Below are positions 40,265 through 51,069 of a DNA stretch of 64,000 nt, piece by piece; the first letter of the stretch is position 1, and every line of letters starts with the position of its first letter. The stretch covers positions 64,001 to 128,000 of the forward strand of contig CAWJMB010000002.1 of NCBI GenBank assembly GCA_963843845.1, written 5' to 3'. Made by a program: the position numbers and the translations under genes. The notes beneath the pieces were generated by a model. The model worked only from the letters and a program-made list of their open reading frames with translations. It made no database searches and was not told where the DNA came from. The DNA is from an uncultured Gemmatimonadaceae bacterium (GTDB lineage: Bacteria; Gemmatimonadota; Gemmatimonadetes; Gemmatimonadales; Gemmatimonadaceae).

Positions 40265-40903
40265 ATGGCAGTGACGCGATTCTCCGTCGGCAGCGCGATC
40301 GTTTCGACGATCGCGCTGTTCGCGTGTCGAGACACACCCGCTCCGGGATCGCTCCCGATGTCCCACCCCGATCCGGCCGAGGCGCGCGTCGCGACCGCCT
40401 CGGCGGCCGCCGACAGTCTCTACGCGCCCGCCGCGCTCATCGTGGCGTTCCGCGACCGCGTCCCCGGGCGCCCGACGCAGCTCGGCGGCGGCGCGACGAC
40501 GAGCCTCGACTCGCTGCTCGCCCGCTACGCGCACGCCGTCGAGCGCGCCGACACCGCAGCACTCCGGTCACTCGTGCTGACGCCGAGCGAGTTCGCGTGG
40601 CTGTACTATCTCGACAGCCCGATGGCGCAGACGCCATACGAGCTCGACCCCGAGACGATGTGGCTGCAGATCCGGTCGCGCGGCGAGCAGGGGGAGGCAC
40701 GGGCGCTCGCGCTGCTCGGCGGGAAACCGTTAGGCGCGTGGCGACACGCGTGCGGCGCGTTCCGCACGTCGGGCGCGCTGTCGCTCGTCGACTGCACGAT
40801 CACGCTCGGCGGGCGCGGTGGCGCGGCGGACACGGCGCTCCGACTGTCGATCGTCGGGCGCGAGGGGCGCTACAAGCTCGTGAGCCTCGCGACGTCGCTC
40901 TGA
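40265..40903 (+). CDS. Hypothetical lipoprotein
   Basis: LFA-C lipobox; co-oriented 212-aa ORF. Confidence 0.65.
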   Translation: MAVTRFSVGSAIVSTIALFACRDTPAPGSLPMSHPDPAEARVATASAAADSLYAPAALIVAFRDRVPGRPTQLGGGATTSLDSLLARYAHAVERADTAALRSLVLTPSEFAWLYYLDSPMAQTPYELDPETMWLQIRSRGEQGEARALALLGGKPLGAWRHACGAFRTSGALSLVDCTITLGGRGGAADTALRLSIVGREGRYKLVSLATSL

Positions 40904-40946
40904 CGCGACTCCGGCTCGAGACGCGGGCCCGCTATACTGCGTGGCC

Positions 40947-41951
40947 ATGACTCACTCCTCGCACTCCCCGGCCGCCCCCCTCCGCGTCGTCGTGTTAGGC
41001 GCCGGCGGCGTCGGCGGGCACTTCGGCGGCGAGCTCGCGCTCGCCGGCCACGACGTGACGCTGCTCGCCCGCGGCGACCACCTCGCCGCGATCCGCGACC
41101 GCGGCGGGCTCGAGCTGCGCCACGCGGCGACCGGCGCCTCGCGCCTCGCCCCCGTGCGCGCGACCGACGACCACGACGCGCTCCCCGACTGCGACCTCGT
41201 CCTCGTCGCGGTGAAGAGCTACTCGCTCGGCGAGGTCGCCGGCCCCGCCGTGCGGCTCGGCCGCGCGGGGGCGACCGTGATGCCGCTGCTCAACGGCGTC
41301 GACGCGGCCGACCGACTCGTCGCGCTCGGCGTGCCGCGCGAGGCGCTGCTCGGCGGGCTGACGTTCATCAGCGTCGCGAAGGCGGCGCCCGGGGTCATCG
41401 AGCACCGCAGCCCGTTCCAGCGCATCGTCGTCGGGCGGTTCGGCGGCGCGGCGCCGAACGACCCGGCGCCCGATGGTTCGGTGCGCACCGACACGCCCGT
41501 CGAGCGCATCGTCCAGGCGTTCGGCGACACGCCCGTCGACATCCGCGTCACCGACCGCATCGAGGTCGAGCTGTGGCACAAGCTCACCTTCATCGCCGCG
41601 ATCGCCGCGGCCTGCGGGCTGTCGCGCACCGACGTCACCACCGTGCTGCGCGCGCCGATGGGGCGGCTGCTCTTCGAGCGCGCCGTCGGCGAGATCCTCG
41701 CCGTCGCGCGCGCGCACGGCGTCGCCGTCGACGACGACGCGGCCGAACGAACGATCACGACGACGGCCGGCCTCACGCCGGGGATGAAGCCGAGCCTGCT
41801 GCTCGACGTGGAGCGCGGCGGGCCGACCGAGGTGGACGTCCTGAGCGGCGCGATCGCGCGGCTCGGCCGGCGCTACGGCGTGCCGACGCCCATCCACGAC
41901 ACGGCGACGGCGGCGATCGGCGCGGCGACGGGCGTGACGATCTCGGAGTGA
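40947..41951 (+). CDS. panE: 2-dehydropantoate 2-reductase
   Basis: GAGGVGG, VAVKSY, LLNG, LWHKL, SLLLD...TEVD. Confidence 0.9.
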   Translation: MTHSSHSPAAPLRVVVLGAGGVGGHFGGELALAGHDVTLLARGDHLAAIRDRGGLELRHAATGASRLAPVRATDDHDALPDCDLVLVAVKSYSLGEVAGPAVRLGRAGATVMPLLNGVDAADRLVALGVPREALLGGLTFISVAKAAPGVIEHRSPFQRIVVGRFGGAAPNDPAPDGSVRTDTPVERIVQAFGDTPVDIRVTDRIEVELWHKLTFIAAIAAACGLSRTDVTTVLRAPMGRLLFERAVGEILAVARAHGVAVDDDAAERTITTTAGLTPGMKPSLLLDVERGGPTEVDVLSGAIARLGRRYGVPTPIHDTATAAIGAATGVTISE

Positions 41952-42276
41952 GCGCCCCGCGCCACCGAGCGCAGGCACCCGCACGCACCTCGGCGAGGCG
42001 CAGGCGGCGCTCGTCTGGGAGCGCGCGGCACGGTTGCACGCTGAGGCGCTCGCCCGCGAGCGGAGCCAAGTGCCGCACGAGCGACGTCGCGGGCGCCGCG
42101 GAGGAAGCAGGGATAGCGAGCACGTCGAGAGATGGCAGGCCCCGGCGGACGAGAGCGCGTAGACGCCGGGTTCCGGTCGCTACGCGACGCGGACGTCGCC
42201 CATGTGACTCGCGCGCATCGACGCGAAGGCGGGTCGCCGCAGCACGCGACGCCCCGCCGGTACCTCGCCCGCAGCG

Positions 42277-42670
42277 TCAGCTCGCCGACTTCTTCGCGCT
42301 CGACCGCTTCGCCGTCGACTTCCTGGCTGTCGACTTCTTAGCTGTCGACTTCTTCGCCGTCGACTTCCTGGCTGTCGACTTCTTCGCCGTCGACTTCTTG
42401 GCCGTCGACTTCTTGGCCGTCAGACTTCTTGGCCGTCGACTTCTTGGCCGTCGACTTCTTGGCCGTCGACTTCTTCGCCGGCACCTTGGCGCCCTTCTCG
42501 CGCGCCTCGGCGAGCCCGATCGCGATCGCTTGCTTGCGGCTCGTGACCTTGGGGTGCGCGCCCGCGCCGCCCTTGAGTGTTCCCTTCTTCATGCGGCCGA
42601 CCGCGCTCTCGACCGACTTACCGGCGGCTGCACCGAACTTTCGCGCACCGGTCGATTTCCTCGCTGCCAT
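42277..42670 (-). CDS. Small basic protein with histone H1-like (KKSTA)n tail (1-bp insertion at ~42422)
   Basis: KVTSRKQAIAIGLAEAREKGAKVP followed by 11 copies of a 15-bp repeat. Confidence 0.85.
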
Positions 42671-42755
42671 GATCGCCTCCTCGTGAAAGACGACTTCGAC
42701 GCACGTGGCGTCGAAGTCGTGTGTCGAAGCAAGGAGCGCGCCCATCGGCGTGACC

Positions 42756-45545
42756 TCACCGGCCGAGCCAGTAGTTCATCTTCACCTGGAAGATGTTCGT
42801 CGGCCGCGCGCGGAACAGCGCCGACCGCTCGCGCGTGAAATCGAAATCTCCGTACGCCGCCGAGCCGGCGCGCGACTGCGTCCACACGACGAAGAGCGTC
42901 GCGCCCGGTCGGTACTCCCAGCGCACGACCGCCGTACCGCGCAGCGAGCGCACGTTGAAGTCGGGGTTGCCGAACGTGAACGAGCGCGCCGGCCCGCTCC
43001 CGTCGGGGTCGACCGTGTAGCGCGTCGTCAGCCCGTCGGCGCCGAGCGTGGGCGCGATCGTCCCGACATCGTCGCCATATGCAACCATGTCGATCGCGCG
43101 TGGGCGCGCGAACTCCTGGAACCTGTCGTAGCGCCCGCTCGACAGAAACGGCTGCGCGTACAGCTCGAGCGTCAGCGTCGGCGTGAACGTCGTGTTGAGG
43201 CGCGTCTCGACGGCGAGCGTGCGCTGGTCGAGGCGCCCGAACACGTAGCGCGTGCCGTCGAACGCCGTCGCCGTCGGGTCGGGACTCGCGGCGACGTACT
43301 GCTGCACCGTGTAGTCGGTCGAGTAGCTCGGCGCGACGCTCACCAGCACGCGCGGCGACGGCCGCACGGTCACGCTCGGCGAGATGGAGCGGCTCCTCCC
43401 CTCGTTGTCGAGCGAGCGGCCGAGGCTCGCGTTGACCCCGCCGACGACGACGGCGCGGGCGTCGCTGCTCGCGTTGAACGAGTAGTAGTCGTAGCCCGAG
43501 CGCACGACCGTCGGCCCGCCGCGCGTGAGACGGTCGTCGTAGACCTTCGGGTGGTGGATGACGAAGCCCGACAGGTTGTAGAAGTTCGGCAGCGTGATCT
43601 GCCCGAAGAGCTGCCCCTGCACGTCGGTACGGTCGCCGTCGTAGTTGAACTGCTGCTGCCCGCCGAGCGACGTCCAGGCGTTGCGGTACCACCTCGTCGG
43701 GCGGGTCCACTGCCGCACGACGTTCGCGTTCATCCACTTGTAGTCGGCACGGTTCAGGAACGCGATGTCGTTCACCTCGAAGCCCGGGCTCCGCCAGTTC
43801 TGCGCGGTCTCCCACATCCAGTTGCCGCTCTCCTTCGCGAGGTGCGCGTAGAACCCGTAGCCGCGCAGGCTCGTGCGAGCGGGGTCGTAGGTCGTGCCGA
43901 ACAGGCCGTCGGACGTGACCTCGCGATCGGGGCGTTGATAGAAGTGCGCGCTCGACTGCTGCGTGCGGCGGATCGCCGCGGTGTCGCCGGCGACGTTCGA
44001 CACGATCGCCTGCGCGTCGAACGCGTACGTGCGGTGCTGCCAGTAGTGCGCGAGGTCGACCCCCGCCGACTGCGCGCTGCCGCGCAGCCGGCTCCGCGCG
44101 ATCGTATCGGTGCCCAACGCGCGGTTCGTCAGCGTCGTGATCGTGCCGACGCGCGTGTTGCCCTGACGGAAGTCCTTCCGCACGCGCCCCATGAAGTAGT
44201 TCGTGAGCGGCTCGACGTCGGCGCGCCGCACCGCCGCGGCGCCTGGGACCGCGGCGGCGGAGCTGCCGATCGGGACGTAGCGCGCCGTCTCCTTCCCGGT
44301 CAGCGCGTTCAGCACACCGATCGTCCACCCGTTCCGCGTCCGCCCCGTGATCTTCGCGGCGCCGAGGATCGTCGTCGCGTCCGGTGCGTCGAGGTAGTCG
44401 GCGCGTCCGCCGACGACGCCCGCGAGCTGCGGCGCGCGCCCGATGCGCCGCGAGTAGAACGCGCCGAGGCTCGACGCGTTGCTGCAGAAGAAGCACTTGA
44501 ACGTGCCGAAGCTGAACGTGCTCGCGTTCGCGACGAAGAACGGCCGTCGCTCCTGAAAGAAGATCTCGAACGCGCTGAGGTTCACCGTCGCCGGGTCGAC
44601 CTCGACCTGCCCGAAGTCGGGGTTGATGGTCGCGTCGAGCGTGAGGTTCGACGTGAGGTTCACGCGCGCGTCGGCGCCGGCCCGCGTCACGTTCGTCGCG
44701 CGACGGTGGAACGGATCCCCCGCCGCGACGGGCGCGAACCGCTCGCCGGTGAGCACGTACGGGAGCAGCTCGAGCTGCCGAGGCTGCGAGGCGAGCGTCA
44801 GCCCTTCGAGCGTCCCGAAGTACGCCGGGCCGCCGGGCTCGTTCTGCCGCCAGAACGCCCACATGTCCTGCTCGTTGCGGCGCGAGATCGTGCGCCACAC
44901 CTGCAACCCCCACGTCTGCGCACTGTCGCGCGAGAATCGGAGCTGCGACAGCGGAATACGAAACTCGGCCGCCCAGCCCGACGAGTCGACGCGCGACGCG
45001 CCATCCCACACCGGATCGTACGACGCGTCGCCGTTCATGTGGTCCCCCTTCACGCCGGACGGGTTCAGCTCGAACCAGACGCGCGTGTTCCGATCGTGGA
45101 ACGGGTCGAGCACGATCGCGATCTTGTCCGACGGCGCGTTGCCGAGCTGGTCGCGCCGCGCGAGCAGGCGGCGCACGCCGGCCGCGCCCTGCGCGTCGAA
45201 CATGCGCGCCGAGACGTAGAGCGCCTGCGCGTCGTACACGAAGCGCAGCTCGGTGCGCTCGGTCGGCGGGCGCCCCTCGTCGGGGAACTGCTGCCGGAAG
45301 TCGGTGATCGGTCGCGCCGCCGCCCACCCTGCGTCGTCGAGCCGTCCGTCGATCGCGATCGCCCCCGCGCGCGGCGTGGCGGCGGCGACGGGGCGCGGGT
45401 CGTTCTGCGACGGCAGACTGGCGACGACCGCGTCTCCGCGGATCGTGCCCTGCGCGGCGGCGCGTGACGAGAGCGACACGATCGCGACGAGCCCGATCGT
45501 TCGCGTGATCGTTCGTCGTGTGGCGCGAGCGACGTGATGCGACAT
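42756..45545 (-). CDS. Large outer-membrane protein with CBM9-like N-terminal domain (DUF5916-like)
   Basis: IDGRLDDAGW, AEFRIPLSQLRF, TINPDFGQVEVD, ERRPFF; ends KMNYWL. Confidence 0.88.
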   Translation of the reverse strand: MSHHVARATRRTITRTIGLVAIVSLSSRAAAQGTIRGDAVVASLPSQNDPRPVAAATPRAGAIAIDGRLDDAGWAAARPITDFRQQFPDEGRPPTERTELRFVYDAQALYVSARMFDAQGAAGVRRLLARRDQLGNAPSDKIAIVLDPFHDRNTRVWFELNPSGVKGDHMNGDASYDPVWDGASRVDSSGWAAEFRIPLSQLRFSRDSAQTWGLQVWRTISRRNEQDMWAFWRQNEPGGPAYFGTLEGLTLASQPRQLELLPYVLTGERFAPVAAGDPFHRRATNVTRAGADARVNLTSNLTLDATINPDFGQVEVDPATVNLSAFEIFFQERRPFFVANASTFSFGTFKCFFCSNASSLGAFYSRRIGRAPQLAGVVGGRADYLDAPDATTILGAAKITGRTRNGWTIGVLNALTGKETARYVPIGSSAAAVPGAAAVRRADVEPLTNYFMGRVRKDFRQGNTRVGTITTLTNRALGTDTIARSRLRGSAQSAGVDLAHYWQHRTYAFDAQAIVSNVAGDTAAIRRTQQSSAHFYQRPDREVTSDGLFGTTYDPARTSLRGYGFYAHLAKESGNWMWETAQNWRSPGFEVNDIAFLNRADYKWMNANVVRQWTRPTRWYRNAWTSLGGQQQFNYDGDRTDVQGQLFGQITLPNFYNLSGFVIHHPKVYDDRLTRGGPTVVRSGYDYYSFNASSDARAVVVGGVNASLGRSLDNEGRSRSISPSVTVRPSPRVLVSVAPSYSTDYTVQQYVAASPDPTATAFDGTRYVFGRLDQRTLAVETRLNTTFTPTLTLELYAQPFLSSGRYDRFQEFARPRAIDMVAYGDDVGTIAPTLGADGLTTRYTVDPDGSGPARSFTFGNPDFNVRSLRGTAVVRWEYRPGATLFVVWTQSRAGSAAYGDFDFTRERSALFRARPTNIFQVKMNYWLGR

Positions 45546-45679
45546 GAGGAGGTCCGGTCGGAGGACCGACATCCCACCGGTGGCCGTGGGTGTGCCGGAC
45601 CGGACCCTACGAGCAGGCCGACGTGGCGTTTACCGCTTCGTCACGCCTTTCTCACACCTCGTCACACGAACCGAAGATT

Positions 45680-46462
45680 CTACGTCCTCGTCTTCGGCGC
45701 GCGCCGCTGGACGAGCTCGAGGACGCGCATCGGGAGGTGGCGGAACGCCGCGACGAGGAGGCGGTAGCGCAGCCCGGGGATGACGGTCACCGGGCCGCCG
45801 CGGTCGAGCGCACGCAGCGACGCGTCGACGACGTCGTCGGCCGACATCCAGAGCCACGACGGGATCCGCGCGACGTCGGCCTGCATGCGTGTCTGGAACT
45901 CGGTGCGCGTGAAGCCCGGGCAGAGTGCCTGCACTCGCACGCCGGTGCCGTGGACCTCGGCGGCGATCCCGGTCGCGAGCAGGCGCGAGAACGACTTCGC
46001 CGCGGAGTACGTCGCGTTCCCCGGCGCCGTCGCGAACGCGGCGACCGACGCGACGTTGACGATCGCGCCACTCCGCCGCGCGATCATGCCGGGGAGCACC
46101 GCCTGCGCGAGGCGCAGGGGCGCCGCGCAGTGCACGCGGACGAGCCGCTGCTGATCGGCGGCGTCGGCGCGCGCGAGCTTGCCCGTCGTGCCGAACCCTG
46201 CGTTGTTCACGAGCACGTCCACGCGCGGCTCGGCGCCCAACGCTCTCGCCAGCGCCTCGATCGCCGCATCGTCCGCGAGGTCGGCGATGTGGACGTGCGC
46301 CGCGATGCCATGCCGCGCCGAGAGCTCGGTCGCGACCTCCGCGAGCCGCGCTCCGTCGCGCGCCACGAGCAGCACGTCGTGGCCACGCGCCGCGAAGCGC
46401 TCGGCGAAGACGCGGCCGATGCCGGCGGTGGGCCCGGTGATGACCGCGAGCGGGCGCGTCAT
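45680..46462 (-). CDS. Short-chain dehydrogenase/reductase
   Basis: TGPTAGIG, NNAG and YSAAK motifs. Confidence 0.92.
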   Translation of the reverse strand: MTRPLAVITGPTAGIGRVFAERFAARGHDVLLVARDGARLAEVATELSARHGIAAHVHIADLADDAAIEALARALGAEPRVDVLVNNAGFGTTGKLARADAADQQRLVRVHCAAPLRLAQAVLPGMIARRSGAIVNVASVAAFATAPGNATYSAAKSFSRLLATGIAAEVHGTGVRVQALCPGFTRTEFQTRMQADVARIPSWLWMSADDVVDASLRALDRGGPVTVIPGLRYRLLVAAFRHLPMRVLELVQRRAPKTRT

Positions 46463-47289
46463 CGCGCGACGACGCCGAGGTGGCGGAGGTACGTCGTGCG
46501 GTCGGCGAGGAATGCGCGTGTGAGGCGCACATGCTCCGTGTCCTCCGCGTCGATCGCGGACGGCGGCGCCGTGTCGAACGAGTAGCAGCGCGCGCCGGGA
46601 AGCGAGAGCAGCATCGGGGCGTGCGTCGCGATGAGGAACTGCGCGCCCTGTCGCACGCGGTCACGGATCAGCGCGAGCAACCCGAGCTGACTCTGCGGCG
46701 ATAGCGCCGCCTCCGGCTCGTCGAGCAGGAACAGCCCGCCTGGCACGAGCCGGTTCGCGAACAGCCGCAGATACGCCTCACCGTGCGAGTTGGCGTCGAG
46801 GTCGATGCCGTAGCGCCGCTCCATGTCGGCGAGCGACGAGCGCGACGGGCCCAGCGCCAGCCCGAGCGCGTACGCCGAGCGCCCGGACGCGGCGAACTCG
46901 GCTTCGACGCGCTCGACCTCGGCGAGCAGCTCGCGCCGCTCGCGCTGCAGCCGCTGCACGAAGCCGAAGAAGTCTTCGGCGCGCAGGTAGAAGCCGCGCG
47001 TCGTGCGCCGCCGCCACGACAGCGTGAGCGCACGGCCGAGTGTACGCGCGGCACTCAGCGTCGCGTCGTGGTCGGTGTCGGCGCTGCCCACGGCGGGGAG
47101 GCGCGCGGCGGACGCGATCCCCTCGAGCAACGTCGACTTCCCCGACCCGTTCTCGCCGACGAAGAACGTCACCGGCGCGTCGAGCGTGAGCGCGCCGAGC
47201 GCACGGATCGCGGGAACGGTGAACGGGTAGCGGAGGTCGGCCGGCGTTCTGCGCAGATGGATCGCGGCGAGCGGCGGGGCGGGGGTCAT
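46459..47289 (-). CDS. ABC/AAA-type ATPase without membrane partner
   Basis: GENGSGKST, SHGE, LLDEPE and ATH motifs. Confidence 0.9.
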   Translation of the reverse strand: MTPAPPLAAIHLRRTPADLRYPFTVPAIRALGALTLDAPVTFFVGENGSGKSTLLEGIASAARLPAVGSADTDHDATLSAARTLGRALTLSWRRRTTRGFYLRAEDFFGFVQRLQRERRELLAEVERVEAEFAASGRSAYALGLALGPSRSSLADMERRYGIDLDANSHGEAYLRLFANRLVPGGLFLLDEPEAALSPQSQLGLLALIRDRVRQGAQFLIATHAPMLLSLPGARCYSFDTAPPSAIDAEDTEHVRLTRAFLADRTTYLRHLGVVAR

Positions 47290-47775
47290 GGGCGACAACA
47301 GTCTATCATTGTCGGCGTGTACGCGACTCCCCCGGCCCCGATCACCCGTCTGCTCATCGCACGCGGCGTCGTGCTCTGGGTGGTACTGCGCCTCACGTTT
47401 CCCGCGTCCAACTCGCTCGCGTCGGGACAGCCGCCGACGCTCGACGTCGCGCCGATCGTCGCCGCCGCGCTCGTGGCACTCGTCGGCGCGCTGCGCGACC
47501 GGCGGCCCGACACGCTGAGTGGCGGCGTGCGGCGGCGTGCGGCGGCGCGCGTCGGTCGCCGCGGCCGTCTGTCGTGCCCCCGTCCGCCTCCTCTGCGGTC
47601 CGCATCCCGCCGGTGCGGTTCCATCCCGCCCCTGCGCGTGCGTTCCGCCGTTGCCGTCGCGTTCCGCGTCTTCCGTTGCGTACCGCGGTTTCAGCCCCGC
47701 CACATCGCCGTGAGTCCCGCCGGTCAGTAGTCGGTCCCGCCGTTCGACACACTTCCGTCACCATGATCCGCTCCG

Positions 47776-48165
47776 ATGCCCCGCGCCCTGATCTCGTCCG
47801 GCACCCCCTGGGAGCCCCTCGTCGGCTACTCACGCGCCGTGCGCGTCGGTAATCACGTGCACGTCTCCGGCACGACCGCCACCGCCTCCGACGGCACGAT
47901 CGTCGGCGCTGGCGACGTCTATGCGCAGGCACGCCAGGCGCTGGCGAATGTCGGCCGCGCACTCGAGCAGGCTGGCGCCTCGTTCGCCGACGTCGTGCGG
48001 ACGCGCATCTACGTGACCGACATCGCGCGGTGGGAGGCGGTTGGCCGCGCGCACGGCGAAGTGTTCGGCGACGTGCGGCCGGCGACGTCGATGGTCGAGG
48101 TGAGGGCGCTCATCGACCCGATGATGCTCGTCGAGATCGAGGCCGACGCCGTGATCGACGACTGA
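47776..48165 (+). CDS. RidA/Rid family protein
   Basis: [25 protein letters not shown] and VEIEA motifs. Confidence 0.92.
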   Translation: MPRALISSGTPWEPLVGYSRAVRVGNHVHVSGTTATASDGTIVGAGDVYAQARQALANVGRALEQAGASFADVVRTRIYVTDIARWEAVGRAHGEVFGDVRPATSMVEVRALIDPMMLVEIEADAVIDD

Positions 48166-48212
48166 CGCCCCGGACCCGACGCCCCGGCGCCGACGCCCCG
48201 GCGCCCCTCGCC

Positions 48213-51020
48213 TCAGCGACCGTACAGCGCGCGGTACATCGCCGCGTTGCGGGTGACGATCCGGACGTAGTCACGCGTCTCGCCGTACGGAATCCGCTCG
48301 ACGAACAGCTCGGGGTCGCTCGCGCCCAGCCGCCGGCGCCAGCGAGCGACCGGCGTGCCGCCGGCGTTGTATGCCGCCAGCGCGTAGGCAACGTCGGGAT
48401 ACTGCGCGATCGACGACGCGAGGTGGCGTGTGCCCAATGCGACGCTGACGTCCGGCTCGCGCAGCAGTGACGCGCTCCACCCTACCCCGCCTCGTCGGTC
48501 GCCGAGTGACGACCAGAGCGCGCGGGCGACGGGGGGCATGAGTTGCATGAGCCCGACCGCGCCCGCCGAGGACACCGCCGTCGGCGTGAAGTTCGACTCC
48601 TGTCGGATCACTGCCGCGACGAGCGCTGGATCGAGCTGCTGGTCTCGTGCGGCGTCACGGATGAACGACTCCCACGGCCAGGGGTAGGCGAGCTCGTACG
48701 CCAGGCGCGGTGCCATCGACTGCGTTCCGCTCTCGACCGGCGCCACGGTCGCGGCGACGAGTCTCCCCGCGAGCCGCATCGCCGACGATGTCGCGCCGGC
48801 GTCGCGCAGTCCGCGCGCCACGGCCAGCGTCCGATCAGTGAACGCGCGATCCGCATCCCGTTCGCTCGATGGGCTCGCGCGACCTGCCGCACTGCGCGCA
48901 CTCGACGCGGTCGGGACGCTCGACGCGGTCGACGCGGTCGACGCGGTCGGCGCGGTCGCCCAGCGCACCAGCCAGTCGCGTTCCCACCCGGCTTCGGCAT
49001 CGAACCCGATGCGCTGCAGCAGCGCGATCCGCTGCACGGCCTCGTCGACGACGCGATCCGCTGGAACTGGGACCGCACTCACCGCAGGGCGCCACTCCTC
49101 CACCCCGATCCGGCGTCTCGCGAGCTCGGCGTAATACGACTGCGGCGTCTGTGTCGCGACTTCGGTCCATCGCGCACGCGCCAGTCGTGCGTCTCCGGCC
49201 GCCGACGCCGCGCGCCCCGCCCAGTACGTCGCCGCAACGTGTACGTCGCGCGACTCGTCAGTCAGCGTCGCGCCACGAATCGCGTCGAGCTCCGACAGTG
49301 CCACCCGACTGTCGCCCTCGGCGAACGCGATGAGCGCCGCGTCGAAGCGCGCCGCCGCCGCGCGACCACTGGCCGGATAGCGTCGCGCGAGCTCGAGTAA
49401 CAGCCGTCGAGCCTCGGCGTCGCGCCCGTCGTCGACGGCGAGATCGGCAAGCAGCGCGAGCGCGTTCGCAGCCGCATTCGCAGCCGCACTCGCTCGTCCG
49501 CCCCCTGTCACGCCACTGTCGCTGCCGAACGTCGCTACGACGTCTCGCAGGGCGTGGCGAGCTTCCGCGGCTCCCGTCGAGCCCACACGCAGCAGCAACC
49601 GCCCCCGCTCATACGCCGCGTCGCCCGCGAGCACCCCCCCGGCATCGCGCACTCGCGTGAGCTCACCGATCGCGTCGCGCACTCGGCCGGTCCGTCCCAG
49701 GAGTGTCGCGTAACTGTAGCGATCTCGTACCGTGCCTGACGCTGCACCACCGTTGAAGACCCGACCGAACCCGAGCACCGCACGCGATGCAGGGCCCGAG
49801 ACGGCGGCACTGCGCGCGATCGTCAGCTCGTCTCCGGGCGACAACGTCGCCGCGAACCATGCGTCGAGCAGCGCGACCGCCTGACGCGCCTCACTCGTCC
49901 CGCTCCGCGCCGCGACGAACCGAACGAGCGAGTCGCGAAGCGCCACTCGCGCGTCGCTGTCGCGCCGCCGTGCTGCCTCTTCGAGGCGCAGCGCGAACGC
50001 CTGCACCGCCCGCCCCGCACCGCGATATCCGACCGCGGCGCCAACGAGATCACCGGCCCGTTCGCGAGCGGTGGCCTCCGAGATCGACACCCGCTCTCGC
50101 GCCGCCGCGAGCCGCACGCCGGCGAGCCCCGCACCCCGGCGAGCCGGATCGCGCGTCACCTCGGCCGCCCGCAGCGCGAGCCAATCGGCAATCGGTGTGA
50201 GCAGCTCGCCAGCCGCCACATACGCGACCCGGGCGCTATCGGCGAGTGCCGCTGCAACGTCACTCCGCTGCCGATCCCCACGCGCCGCACCACCGCCAGA
50301 TGTACGGCCGACAGCCGCGCCGGAGCCGCCGCCGGAGCCGCCCCCAGCGGATGCACCGCCAGAGGCCGCGCTGCCGACATCTTCCGCGAGCATCACGAGA
50401 CGGTCGAGTGCCCGCGCCGCGACCGCGAGCCGAACTCCGCGCTCCTCTCTACTCGACGACACCTCGGCGGCATGACGCGCTTGTACCAACGCCAGTCGCA
50501 ACGCCGCCTCACGAGCGGCGGCGGGGCCAGCGATCGCTCCGCGGGCGAGCGCCGCTCGAGCGCGCAGCAACGACGCGAACCCGGCCATGCCAGTGTCCTG
50601 CACGCCACGTAGCAGCGTCTCGACAGTGCCCCACTCCTCACGCGCCGCAGCGGCTGCGGCTGCGACTCCTCGTACCGCCGTCGACGGCGACGCAGAGGGA
50701 GCGAGCGACGGCACGAGCACGGCACTCGCCCGCCACGACGCGCCCGCGCCGAGTGCCTGACGCGCCGCTCGTTCGGCGGCATCACGCGCAGGAGGCAGAA
50801 ACGCCACCAGCGCCTGTCCATCGTCGCGCGCCGGCATCCGATCCCCCTGCCACAGCGGCGCACGGAGCGGAGCCGTGCTACGGAGAGCACGAGTCGCACC
50901 GGTTGCGACACTCGTACCGACCACCGAGGCAATCACCACGACGACCGAGGCGATCGCCACGACGCCTAGCGCGACGAGCCTCCTCCGCTGCTGCGATCGC
51001 CGCAGATGAGCCATCATCAC
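48213..51020 (-). CDS. Soluble lytic transglycosylase (Slt-like, TPR-rich)
   Basis: IRQESNF, GLMQLM, AAYNAG and ETRDYV motifs; start uncertain. Confidence 0.88.
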   Translation of the reverse strand: MMMAHLRRSQQRRRLVALGVVAIASVVVVIASVVGTSVATGATRALRSTAPLRAPLWQGDRMPARDDGQALVAFLPPARDAAERAARQALGAGASWRASAVLVPSLAPSASPSTAVRGVAAAAAAAREEWGTVETLLRGVQDTGMAGFASLLRARAALARGAIAGPAAAREAALRLALVQARHAAEVSSSREERGVRLAVAARALDRLVMLAEDVGSAASGGASAGGGSGGGSGAAVGRTSGGGAARGDRQRSDVAAALADSARVAYVAAGELLTPIADWLALRAAEVTRDPARRGAGLAGVRLAAARERVSISEATARERAGDLVGAAVGYRGAGRAVQAFALRLEEAARRRDSDARVALRDSLVRFVAARSGTSEARQAVALLDAWFAATLSPGDELTIARSAAVSGPASRAVLGFGRVFNGGAASGTVRDRYSYATLLGRTGRVRDAIGELTRVRDAGGVLAGDAAYERGRLLLRVGSTGAAEARHALRDVVATFGSDSGVTGGGRASAAANAAANALALLADLAVDDGRDAEARRLLLELARRYPASGRAAAARFDAALIAFAEGDSRVALSELDAIRGATLTDESRDVHVAATYWAGRAASAAGDARLARARWTEVATQTPQSYYAELARRRIGVEEWRPAVSAVPVPADRVVDEAVQRIALLQRIGFDAEAGWERDWLVRWATAPTASTASTASSVPTASSARSAAGRASPSSERDADRAFTDRTLAVARGLRDAGATSSAMRLAGRLVAATVAPVESGTQSMAPRLAYELAYPWPWESFIRDAARDQQLDPALVAAVIRQESNFTPTAVSSAGAVGLMQLMPPVARALWSSLGDRRGGVGWSASLLREPDVSVALGTRHLASSIAQYPDVAYALAAYNAGGTPVARWRRRLGASDPELFVERIPYGETRDYVRIVTRNAAMYRALYGR

Positions 51021-51069
51021 GTCAGTCTCCGCTGGCGCCTACGAGCGCGCCGGCGTCGCTACACCGGCG

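Noticed and set aside
42310..42480. 15-bp tandem array as CRISPR or iterons
   Set aside because: It encodes an in-frame KKSTA tail
42589..45467. Long Arg/Ala-rich antisense and alternate-frame ORFs, here and throughout the window
   Set aside because: Expected shadow ORFs in high-GC DNA, with no recognisable motifs
47288..47730. Possible membrane protein between the ATPase and RidA genes
   Set aside because: Only a short hydrophobic stretch, with no convincing start or end
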